Position numbers and translations under genes: made by a program. This document shows, piece by piece, positions 1 to 10,289 of a DNA stretch of 37,623 nt; within the stretch, counting starts at the first letter, position 1; each line of letters begins with the position of its first letter. The notes beneath the pieces are model-generated. The model was given only the letters and a program-made list of their open reading frames with translations, ran no database searches and was not told where the DNA came from. The DNA lies in contig NC_068985.1 of the NCBI RefSeq assembly GCF_001194135.2, positions 4,311,191-4,348,813 on the forward strand, given 5' to 3'. The stretch comes from Octopus bimaculoides. Its lineage: Eukaryota.

Positions 1-480
1 TATATATAAGATTCAGTTGAATTAGGCACTTAAATTAAGGCACCTTGCTATGTCGGTATAATCCGCACACCCAAAACACTATTAATTTAATATTGAATAT
101 GATGACTCCGTGCAGGGGAGTTTGTACCTGATATGTCTAAGAATTCTTTTTGATATACCAATATAATTTATATCATAATTCATAAAATAATTCTTATTTT
201 ATTTTAATTTAGCCTTATTTATATTACTGTTACACCTTTATATCATTGTGTAAAAAATAGTTTATAAAATTTATATAATATATTTTTATTAAATTTTCAT
301 GTATTTATATACCTTCATATATATTTGTGTAGCTTCTATAGCTTATAAAAGGTTTGGTAGTTTATAACGTCTTTTCCTAAAACTCAATGTATAATGCAAC
401 ATTATATTTTTTATATTTGTAATAACGTTATGTTTTATAAATTTTTTTATATTTATATTTGAGAATTTTATACATTTATT

Positions 481-905
481 TTTTTTTTCAGTTTCAGCTC
501 AGAGATGTGGCCATGCTGGAGCACCGCCGTTTTGCTACACTGTTATTACTGAGATCCTCCTCCAATATGTGGCACCTGGTGAAGAATGGAGTTTGATGTA
601 GATACCTTCATTTGCACCTCTTGCCGTGAGGTAGGTTCGTCTGGGACTCTCGACAGGAGGAGGTCCGGCCTTGATTTAAAAACTCCCACATCTATTTTCT
701 GTAGGTTCCTCAGGATCTGTGGGAGAATATTAAAAAGCCGTGGGTCCCTGAAACCCAGGTTGTTGCAGTAAGTGGCCCTGATGCGCGATGGCATTTTGGG
801 GATCTTTGGCATTGTGCAGTGTCGACCCGTTCTGGTATTGGTGTAGCTGTCAATGCCAAAATTTGGCACAATTCCTTCCAGATGTATATTACTGCATTCT
901 GCATT
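481..905 (-). mobile_element. CR1-group LINE 3' fragment (RT C-terminus, 3'UTR, poly-A)
   Basis: ORF 546..869(-) reads FRDPRLFNILPQILRNL...FKSRPDLLLSRVPDEP, homologous to the C-terminus of the LINE at 2314-3960. It is followed on the minus strand by ggcggtgctccagcatggccaca...gaaactg and an A-run (481-489). Confidence 0.85.
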
Positions 906-1989
906 TATGTTTATGATTTATAAATATTTTTTTCACAATTTATAAGTTTGTTTTTATATAATTTACTGGATATGAGAATCCTTATTTTAGTATATTTTTC
1001 AATCATACAATATAACCATTAAGTGTTTACATACCCAAACTGGTTTAAGTATTGTATCCGAATTAGTATATCTCTCATCCAATTTTCCCATATAATAGAT
1101 ACCATCTTTTACGATATCTTATATTTATCCACCATTAATGAAACGAATTTTTCTTATATTGGCCTAAAATATACTACGTATTTCTATTCATATGATAATT
1201 TAATTAAGTTATACTTTCATTATAGATTGTTTTTATCATCATTTTTTAAACATTATGCTTACGAAAAGACTCAATAGTTTTTCTTATATATTAAAATATC
1301 CCATTATTAGATTTTAAATTTAATTTCTATCCTTATTCTATGTATTGGTTTATATTTTCTCGGTTTAGTGTTATAAATTTGCTAAGTTATAAATTACAAC
1401 CCCACCCCGCATCCTTCCATTCTAATTTCCACCCTTGAACTTTATATTACTTATCTCTTTTGGGTTTTTTTATTATATTACCCTTTAATTTGATAATCTA
1501 AATAAGTACTAAACACCCCTATCCTTCTTTCTTCCATTTCTTACCCCTTCCCCACCAGACATTCCCTTCCAACTAAACCTTAACCTACTCTTTTGCGTAG
1601 ATAAAGCTAGATATATGGTTCCAGTACATTGAGAGTCTAGTAGATTGTCTGACATTAATTGATTGATCACCATTAACTAGAATACAGTTGTCAACTCTCA
1701 ATGCGTTTAATTCTAAATAGTTGAAGACTACATTCTACATAAAGTCTTCTAAATATAAGTAACTAGGTCACCACTCGTTTTATCCTGACCCCCCACCACC
1801 ACCAATATTTCCTTTGCTACTCTGTAAGTTATTGTTGACTTGACGTGATATGCATTATTTTCTAAATTCATTCTGCCACAGATATGACAACAGATACAAT
1901 GTAAATATTTTGATTTCCATTATTCGATGTAAATATGTTTTTAAAAATGGTCATATCCTTTATATCGTTAAAAAATGGTTATATCCATG

Positions 1990-2075
1990 TGGTCATCTGA
2001 CGAGAACGGTCTCTTCCATATGATGCGGTGTTTTCATTAATCAATTAAGGAGCCGCTTGAAACGGCCGTAAAGAA
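1990..2075 (+). ncRNA. Candidate degenerate type I hammerhead ribozyme (Penelope pLTR-like)
   Basis: CTGACGA at 1997-2003, an imperfect stem II (gaacggtctctt / aaggagccgctt), then GAAAC-GGCC-GTA at 2059-2070 containing the palindrome ACGGCCGT. Stem I pairs poorly. Confidence 0.45.
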
Positions 2076-2313
2076 TTAAAGCTTGTACATATCTTTGTTA
2101 CTCNNNNNNNNNNNNNNNNNNNNNNNNNNNNNNNNNNNNNNNNTATATATATATTATCATATATTATTATTTAAAACTGTTTTATTCGGCTCCGTGCGAC
2201 TTTCGCCAAAACTTAAAATAATACATGTAATTCCTATTAAATGTGTTGAGTGCTTTTTTTCTGTTTTTTTTTTCGTCTACTCACTCGTACATATATATAC
2301 ACATATATATATA

Positions 2314-3960
2314 CGCAACTGGTCCTGTTAGCTTCGCAACTATTCTCCTGAAGTCATGTAAGCAGGTTTTACCGAAACTACAGATACTTTTCCAAAGATT
2401 CCTTGCAAGTGGTAAACTTCCAAAAAAGCTGAAAGAAGACATTATATGCCCTATCCACAAAGGTGGAAGCAGAGCAGAGGCCAAACACTACAGGCCAATC
2501 TCTCTGACTTCACATATCAGTAAAGTCATGGAGAGAAACATCAGAAAGAAGTTGATAATGTTCCGAGAAGAAAATGACCGACTGAACAATACACAGCATG
2601 GCTTCCGTCCAGGAAGAAGCTGCCTCACACACCTCCTACAGCACTATGACTGGGTTTTGAAACAGCTGCTTGATCATTCAGATGTCAGTGTGATATACCT
2701 TGACTTTGCAAAGGCATTTGATTATGGGAGATAATTGCACGATAGGTCATAAGTACGAAACCTTGGCATTGCTGGTAAACAGGGAGAGTGGTCGCATGAC
2801 TTCCTTAAAGACAGACGTCAGGTAGTTGTAGCCAATGACGCCCTTTCTGAGGAAACGGAAATCCGATGTGGCGTCCCCCAGGGAACTGTTCTAGGGTCAT
2901 TACTGTTCATAATACCCTTCTTAGACATGTCCACAGTCATTCGGAAAGCCACTATCACTAGTTATGCCGATGATACAAAATTATCACAGGCAATAAAAAG
3001 CCAAGATGACGTCGTAAGCTTACAGCGGGACTCTGAATTCGAAGTATTAGTGGCCCGAAATAGACAACATGCAGTTTAATGCCGGGAAAATGACAAGCAC
3101 TGCACTATCAACACACGAATGCGCTACAGTCTGCAAATACAGGACACGAATGCATTACAGTCCCAGGATCACATGCAGTGAAAGACTTAGGGATCAGTAT
3201 GTGCTATGACGCATCATTTTATGTGTACATTACCAAGGTGGCAGCACAGCGCAAACAATTAGCAGGATGGATACTGAGGTCCTTCAAGACAAGAGACCAA
3301 GAAACTATGTTGCCACTGTGAAGATATTTGTTCTCAGCCTCCTGGAGTATTATCCCCAGTTGTGGTTACCACATAGTGCCAAACTAATAGCGGAGCTTGA
3401 AGCAGTCCAAGGCTAAAAGATCGAAGCAGTGCAGCAGATGAGCCCCAGGGATAGGCTGAGAAAACTGCAACTTTACTCCCAGGAGCGAAGGCGTGAAATA
3501 TATACAATAATCTACATATGGAAAATTCATGAAGGGCTAGTACTTAATTTTGGTGTTATACAAACGTCAGAACTGGCTGCATTGGTACCATTGGTTGCCA
3601 AAGGTACCATCCACGCCATATAAACTAGTTAGTGCAATATCCTGGGGTACAAAGACCCACAGCTCTTCCATTGCCTGCCACAAAACTTGAGAAATCTGCA
3701 TAAGGTGGAAGTAGATGTCTTCAAGAAAGAACTAGACATCCTCCAATCCACAATACCGGATGAATCAACAGCCCGACATGAGGTGCAGACGAGGGTAGTG
3801 GAATCAAACTCCCTTATACACCAAATAGGCCAGTAGCTGGGACAAACACACATACAAGTGTGGTTATGTGAAACACACAAGTCTGAGTAAATCACAAAGA
3901 CAACGGTACTCCAGTATGACCGCAGCCGCATGGCCTAAAGAAGTAAACGAATAAAAGAAG
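2314..3960 (+). pseudogene. 5'-truncated CR1-group LINE reverse transcriptase relic with frameshifts and stops
   Basis: Motifs PIHKGGS..YRPISLTSHISKVMER, QHGFRPGRSCLTHLL, VIYLDFAKAFD, GVPQGTVLG and YADDTKL (tatgccgatgat, ~2964). The C-terminal segment is at 3630-3835 and the 3'UTR ends near aataaaag (~3950). Confidence 0.93.
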
Positions 3961-4004
3961 GTATACTTATACATATAATGAATAAATCACATATCCTTAT
4001 TATT

Positions 4005-4246
4005 TTGAAGCCTGGTACTTATTCTATCGTTTTTTTTTTTGCCGAACCGCTAAGTTACAGGAACGTAAACACATCAACTGCGGGGGTGGAGGACAAACAC
4101 AGACACAAAGACACAAAGACACACACACATACATACACACATACACACACACATACACACACATACATGCATACATACAAACAGACAGACAGACATACAG
4201 ATAGACATACAGACAGACGTATATATATATATATATATATATATAT
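4005..4246 (-). mobile_element. SINE-A partial copy with internal CA/GACA/TA microsatellite
   Basis: gccgaaccgctaagttacaggaacgtaaacac matches the SINE-A body seen at 19335-19498 and 35718-36052. Confidence 0.75.
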
Positions 4247-4564
4247 NNNNNNNNNNNNNNNNNNNNNNNNNNNNNNNNNNNNNNNNNNNNNNNNNNNNNN
4301 NNNNNNNNNNNNNNNNNNNNNNNNNNNNNNNNNNNNNNNNNNNNNNNNNNNNNNNNNNNNNNNNNNNNNNNNNNNNNNNNNNNNNNNNNNNNNNNNNNNN
4401 NNNNNNNNNNNNNNNNNNNNNNNNNNNNNNNNNNNNNNNNNNNNNNNNNNNNNNNNNNNNNNNNNNNNNNNNNNNNNNNNNNNNNNNNNNNNNNNNNNNN
4501 NNNNNNNNNNNNNNNNNNNNNNNNNNNNNNNNNNNNNNNNNNNNNNNNNNNNNNNNNNNNNNNN

Positions 4565-4633
<69 letters not shown>
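4565..4633. repeat. (GT)n microsatellite at a gap edge
   Basis: Pure GT repeat. Confidence 0.98.
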
Positions 4634-4634
<1 letters not shown>

Positions 4635-5136
4635 CTGAAGAATTTGTTTTGTTGGACCTGATAGCATGTAGATTAAAATTCATTAAAGAGACGCTTCCGT
4701 TTCACACGTCCATTGCTACTCGTCAAAAGAAAAACAATTTTAGCAAATATAGGATAAAGAAGGCATTAAAAAGTGTCAGACGCCATAACACTTTTAGGCA
4801 GCTTTCCAAAAATATGTCCCAATTTCTTTCTCTAATTATTATATTAGGTCAGCATAAACTAATTGGACTAATCAACCAATACTGATTCAATGAGTGAAGT
4901 ATCACACACTCAATCATTTCTTATAATTTAACTAATTAGTTTCCTTGGATAATTAGTTTCTGAACAACTAGTTTTGTCTGGATACTCTTGGCTTTAGAAG
5001 AGACGTAACTGTACGATAAAGTGAACATTTCAAAAACAATATTAATCTAATCCAGCAATAAAACCAGACAAACAAATCGTGTTTTTGTGTGTTACCCTTT
5101 GTCAAGAGTTGGGCTACAGAGTTTTTCTCGGCTTCT

Positions 5137-5172
5137 CAACAGGCGTCGCTATGTGGTAAGAAGCTTGCTTCC
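5137..5172 (+). mobile_element. SINE-A 5' tRNA-head fragment (left part of a split SINE)
   Basis: caggcgtcgctatgtggtaagaagcttgcttcc matches the head of the uninterrupted copy at 26017. The continuation is at 7620. Confidence 0.8.
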
Positions 5173-5250
5173 GGTGAACAGAGGTGGATGTGGGCTAGCT
5201 GTGCTCCGTCCAATTAATGAAAACAAAGAACATTTGAAGAACTCGCCAGG

Positions 5251-5308
5251 GTAAGTCGGTTTTGTTGCTCAGCTGAGCAATAATTTGTTGTGTATTTTTC
5301 TTTTTCAG
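5251..5308 (+). other. Putative 58-nt GT-AG intron in the element's 5'UTR
   Basis: Donor CAGG|GTAAGT at 5251, then a polypyrimidine tract tatttttctttttCAG ending at 5308, with a tandem CAGCAG acceptor. Confidence 0.5.
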
Positions 5309-5939
5309 CAGGTTTTTGTTCAGCATTGCGACATTTTCGCTTGCCTTTGGCAGGTTTTTTGTGTTTGTTCGTTTACGAACAAAATTGTATGTTCATTCTC
5401 TGTGGTAGGCGGGTTCGTTCCTGCCATAGAGTGAAAATTTTTGCTTGGCTTTTTAGCCAGGAAANNNNNNNNNNNNNNNNNNNNNNNNNNNNNNNNNNNN
5501 NNNNNNNNNNNNNNNNNNNNNNNNNNNNNNNNNNNNNNNNNNNNNNNNNNNNNNNNNNNNNNNNNNNNNNNNNNNNNNNNNNNNNNNNNNNNNNNNNNNN
5601 NNNNNNNNNNNNNNNNNNNNNNNNNNNNNNNNNNNNNNNNNNNNNNNNNNNNNNNNNNNNNNNNNNNNNNNNNNNNNNNNNNNNNNNNNNNNNNNNNNNN
5701 NNNNNNNNNNNNNNNNNNNNNNNNNNNNNNNNNNNNNNNNNNNNNNNNNNNNNNNNNNNNNNNNNNNNNNNNNNNNNNNGCTCGGATTACCTAGTGGCTG
5801 GAATTTTTTTCCGTATTTGAACTGTTGTTTTTCTCCCTTTTCTGTCTATCTTTTTATTTGAATCTGTTTTTTTTTCTTTCTTCGCTTTCGTTTTTTTTTT
5901 TTTTACTCTATTCATTCATTTGTGATCTTTTCGAACTTT

Positions 5940-6979
5940 ATGGAAAAAAAAGTGAACAGTGAAGCCACTCTCTTGGAGTGGGATGTTATACCGCCCAAGC
6001 AGTGGGTGAGAGAGACGGAGAAGAGGACAGTGGTCTTGCGGACGTATTCGAGGTCCCGCAATGCCATTGCCCTCTTCAACAAAGAAACGATAGAGAAGGA
6101 GCTGGCGGCTTGTCTGCCAGCGAAGAACTTTTTTGTCTCAAGGGGAGTCAAATTTGCAACGGTGAGGTTGCTGTTTGACTCCCCCGAAGAGGCTGGCACT
6201 GCACCCAGCCACAGGGGGAGCAATTTTGTTTCCTCCCCACTTATTGTGGAAAAAAAATTGAGAGCCTGGGTATGCGGACTTCCCCCAGGTACCGAAGCTG
6301 GATGGATCACAGAGGCCATCCGGTGGGGCTTGGGAGAGAGTGGACCCAGGCTACTAAATGTAGACGTGGCTCCCGCAGTTGACTGGGAAGGGTCAAAGGC
6401 AACTTTGACCCTATGGACCCCGGTAGCTGTGGGAGATATTGTATTTCCGGACTTCCTAAAGATGACTGGCTGCAGGTATCCGGTGATACTTGAGGTTCGG
6501 CAACCTAGATGTCACCGGTGTCTGGAGCCTGGCCATTTGAAGAAGGGTTGCCGCCGGGACACTAAAGTGTCCCAGGAACGGGCACCCGTTGGAGAAAGTA
6601 GTCCTGCTCGGCAGGAAGGAAAAAATGAGGAGGTGGTAGCCCCAACAGATAGAGGTAGAAAGAGGAAGGCGGGCATTAATAATAGCCCGCCGAAACCTCA
6701 AAGAGATGTATAGGTGGAAGAGGGATTGAGTCCCACTGGTAAACCAGAGGACTCCTCCTCTCCCACCGGAAAAAAGAAAAAGAAAAGAAAGAAAAAAGTG
6801 CAAACGAATGTTGAACCACAGCCGGTGGGAATTGTGCCGCCGCCTGTGGAAATGTCTTTCCCTTCTCCGGAGGAAGAAGAAACGTTAGTCTTCTTCTTTA
6901 GAGAGGGGGAGGTAGAAAATGAATTAGAAAAGAGTCTTAGGGGAGAGGCCATGGCCTGCATACAGGATCCCGAGTGGCC
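5940..6979 (+). CDS. Gag-like ORF1 protein with a CCHC zinc knuckle; in-frame TAG at 6711-6713; runs into a gap
   Basis: First ATG at 5940. CHRCLEPGHLKKGC fits Cx2Cx4Hx4C. ORF 6714.. continues in the same frame with a KKKKKRKKK basic patch. Confidence 0.8.
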
Positions 6980-7619
6980 NNNNNNNNNNNNNNNNNNNNN
7001 NNNNNNNNNNNNNNNNNNNNNNNNNNNNNNNNNNNNNNNNNNNNNNNNNNNNNNNNNNNNNNNNNNNNNNNNNNNNNNNNNNNNNNNNNNNNNNNNNNNN
7101 NNNNNNNNNNNNNNNNNNNNNNNNNNNNNNNNNNNNNNNNNNNNNNNNNNNNNNNNNNNNNNNNNNNNNNNNNNNNNNNNNNNNNNNNNNNNNNNNNNNN
7201 NNNNNNNNNNNNNNNNNNNNNNNNNNNNNNNNNNNNNNNNNNNNNNNNNNNNNNNNNNNNNNNNNNNNNNNNNNNNNNNNNNNNNNNNNNNNNNNNNNNN
7301 NNNNNNNNNNNNNNNNNNNNNNNNNNNNNNNNNNNNNNNNNNNNNNNNNNNNTATGAACATTTATAAGTGGCTTGTTGCCTCATATAAAGAGGAAGAACA
7401 TTTGTGTTAATAATTTGTTTTACAAATTTGACCGACATGTATTGAACAAAGTTTTAGAGAGGTTATCAGTCGGCGGGCGCTGGTGCCTCTCCCATTTTCA
7501 TTCTTTCTTGTGTATTCATCTCCATTCATTAATGTCCGCGTCCAGCCCGTAGCTTCTTCGTTTGTCTGTCTTTGTTTGTCCCCTCTATGTAACGCCGTAT
7601 GGCGAATTTTTATGAAATA

Positions 7620-7895
7620 AAGAAGCTTGCTTCCCAACCACATGGTTCCTGGTTCAGTCTGACTGCATGGCGCCTTGGGCAAGTGTTTTCTATCATAGCC
7701 TAGGGCCGACCAAAGCTTTGAGTATGTCTTAGAATCTGTATTTGTCCCCCACCACTGCTTGACAACCAGTGTTGGCGTGTTTACGTCCCCGTAACTTAGC
7801 GGTTTGGCAAAACAGATTGATAGAATTGGTACCAGGCTTTTAAGCCCCAGTATGATCGCACTCTAATCACTGAAACAAGTAAAAGAATAAAGAAC
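7620..7895 (+). mobile_element. SINE-A remainder (right part of the split SINE)
   Basis: caaccacatggttcctggttcagtc...gggccgaccaaagc...gtttacgtccccgtaacttagcgg...tgaaacaagtaaaagaata. Confidence 0.85.
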
Positions 7896-9013
7896 GATAA
7901 AAAGCATGCAGCTTAGAAGGAAAGACATTCATCAACGCCATATTGAATTACACAGTTTTCTATTTTAAACGCATAATTGCAATTAACGCGTAATTAATCA
8001 TACAGAACCAAGAAAACAATGAGCTCTTCCCTGCACATAATACACCCAGATTTCTCATTTTTTTTTTTTTTTCATTATCCCTTCCTGGAACATTGGTAGT
8101 TATTTCTAAACGTGGCATTTTTTTTTCATTCTATATAAACTCAAAGAGATCTATCTGTCTTCCCATAATCCTTTCTTCCGGTCGATCATCCCCGTCGCCC
8201 CTCTGTATGACTCATTTATTACATTTAGAGCAGCTTACTACTTTATTCAATTCTAGGAAAAGCACCTACCGACCTCACATCTGTGGCTTTTGTCTTATTT
8301 TTTATTTTGCAATAAAATATCGCAAGTAACACGCACGAATAAAGCAAAAGGAAGCGTCCTTTAGACGAAATTCGGATCGTTGAGCACCTTCGTTATACGG
8401 CTATTTAAACATGCTCAGTAGAAAATAACTGTATAATCTGGAGATACATTAATCGAAGTTGCACTGGATACAGGCCACATTTTATGCAATCAACTGATGA
8501 TTCAATATATTGGAAGAGCTTCAGAATTGTTAATACAAATAATCAATTTATCGAACTTTCAAATAGCTCAGTCTTTTATGCAGGACAAGCGCCAATGTCT
8601 TACCTAAAATTGTCGCCAACATTTATAATTCAGATTGGAGAGATTTATAAAGCTGCTGCATATCAAGCTTTTTACTTACGACTTTGAAAACTTCTGCTTC
8701 ACTCACCAGAACTTCAAATATATTTCAGATCTGATTCGTAGGGAAAAACCAGGACATGGAAAACGAATTTCAGTGTCGACTGAATTTTATAAGCCAATTT
8801 CGAAATTTTAGCCGTTCAGGGAACCCAGGAAACCTCATAAATATTTCACAAATATTATGCTAATTATGGCCAATATCACAGAACATTGTACCCCTACTCA
8901 AGTTTTACCATCACCCTTAAAGCATTTGACAAAGTGTCTATGAAAAACCCCTTATAAATGAAACAATACAGGACAATAATGCTATCGTAGTTTTAACTTC
9001 TCATCAAAGCGCC

Positions 9014-9064
9014 ACCTGACGACATACACCATCTGACGACATGCACCATCTGACGACATACACC
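9014..9064. repeat. 17-bp minisatellite, 3 copies (atctgacgacatacacc)
   Basis: Units at 9014, 9031 and 9048; each unit differs from the consensus at no more than one base. Confidence 0.9.
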
Positions 9065-9172
9065 ACGTTTGTAGAATTGAATCATGACAAAGACTTCAGA
9101 TTGTAATTAATATAAATTCCTTATTTACATTATTTACATTTGACGGATATTTGTCCTCATCTTGTTTGTTGT

Positions 9173-9221
9173 TAACATAACGTTTCGGTTGATATACCCT
9201 CCAGCCTTCATCAGGTGTCTT
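9173..9221 (-). ncRNA. Minimal hammerhead motif, antisense arm of locus A
   Basis: Reverse complement reads ccaagacacCTGATGAaggctggagggtatatcaaccGAAAcgttatgtt, with 2 substitutions from the consensus of the five copies. Confidence 0.7.
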
Positions 9222-9451
9222 GGGGAAATTTCGAACCTGGGTTCCCATTCCTAAGGTATTTTTCCATTGTTATTATTATTAACCACTACGCTACAGGCAG
9301 ATGGCGTAGTGGTTAAGAGCGCGGGCTACTAACTCCAAGATTCCGAGTTCGATTCCTGGCAGTGACCTGAATAATAATAATAATAATAATAACAACAGCA
9401 ACATCGAAAAAATACCTTAGGAATGAGAACCCAGGTACAAAATGTTCCCAA

Positions 9452-9497
9452 GATACCTGATGAAGGCTGGAGGGTATATCAGCTGAAACGTTGTGTT
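9452..9497 (+). ncRNA. Minimal type I hammerhead ribozyme (Penelope-type)
   Basis: gatac-CTGATGA(9457)-a-ggctg[gagggtatat]cagct-GAAA-CGTT-gtgtt. Stem I is gatac/gtgtt, stem III is collapsed to palindromic ACGT, and predicted cleavage is after GUU (9492). Confidence 0.75.
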
Positions 9498-10289
9498 AAC
9501 AACAAACAAGATGAGGACAAATATCCCTCAAATGTAAATAATGTAAATAATGTATCAGCTGTCATGTGGTGCAGGGTGGGAACAACCACAGACTCAAAGA
9601 CACACACACACACACACACCCATAAATATAAATAAATGATGCTGGTGCTATGAAAAATCACTGGTGCTGGTGTCACAACTTTTAAATCTGCAATGTTTGC
9701 TTGTCTAAAGTTTTTGATATTCATTTATCACCTAAAATATTGATGCTGCTGCTTATCATATTTCTTTAATTTCATTTAACAATCCAGTCGTTCATAATTC
9801 CAAGCTCTATGGAATGCATTTATCTTAGAGAGATCTTTCAAAGCCAAGTAAAACAAAACCAGACTTCCACAATTTACTTGACCTCCAGCATGATATTCTG
9901 AAATGTGATGCATTAAATCTAGAGACTTATCATGAGAGTGTTGAATAATATTGTCATTCGAGGAAATAAATCTGTACAAAACCTGTGTGCGTCTGAAGTG
10001 TCATTTCATTCTACCAATCAAAATAATGAGAGAGTGCTGTGATTGTGGCCTGAAGTATTCTGGAAATATGATGATCGGTGGTCTGTAAACCAACTACTGT
10101 AGAACATTTCTGTGGTTGACACTCGGCTGCCCAATTCCTAACATTCCCGCTTCAGTCAGATTGGCTGCTTTTATTTATAAATAATTAATTCGTAAAAATG
10201 TTTAGATATGACGTTTCCTGTACTTAGTTTCTATCGTTCGACATTCATCTGAATTATAAATGGACACGGAAGAAGTAAAGCTTGACAGC

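Larger units (their letters stand above)
5173..7619 (+). mobile_element. Tx1/L1-like non-LTR element, apparently ORF1-only (HAL1-like), with 15-bp TSD
   Basis: Flanked by identical aagaagcttgcttcc (5158-5172 and 7620-7634), carries a gag-like ORF1 and ends at aataaa. It contains two N gaps (5465-5779, 6980-7352). Confidence 0.7.
9121..9553. mobile_element. Foldback tRNA-head / hammerhead element, locus A (most complete)
   Basis: 9121-9292 is largely the reverse complement of 9303-9315 joined to 9385-9553. A-box tggcgtagtgg is at ~9302 and B-box gagttcgattcc at ~9345. Hammerhead cores lie on both strands. Confidence 0.85.

Noticed and set aside
1-1500. Very AT-rich stretches as a possible NUMT
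   Set aside because: No mitochondrial gene, rRNA or tRNA motif was recognised; this is low-complexity DNA.
541-3835. Inverted pair of CR1-group LINE 3' ends as a dsRNA substrate
   Set aside because: The copies are visibly diverged (different subfamilies) and ~2.7 kb apart, so pairing would be weak.
3978-4885. Long ORFs spanning N gaps and microsatellites (also 5290-5820, 20605-21841, 27909-28593, 36050-36437)
   Set aside because: These are artefacts of N runs and of dinucleotide repeats encoding HT/YI/CV runs.
8420-8800. Protein-like text (TYDFENF) as a PLE RT fragment, or a minus-strand exon ending at the GTGAGT donor near 8708
   Set aside because: Motif spacing does not fit PLE RT and the acceptor is weak. 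Unresolved without a homology search.
9014-9064. CRISPR-like array (also 25956-26015 and 26528-26680)
   Set aside because: Head-to-tail tandem repeats without unique spacers, in eukaryotic DNA with no cas genes.
9303-9368. tRNA gene call for SINE heads (here and elsewhere)
   Set aside because: A and B boxes are present but there is no proper acceptor stem or cloverleaf, and each head is fused to a repeat body.
9770-10130. Short protein-like ORFs on both strands
   Set aside because: No recognisable domain or convincing splice sites.
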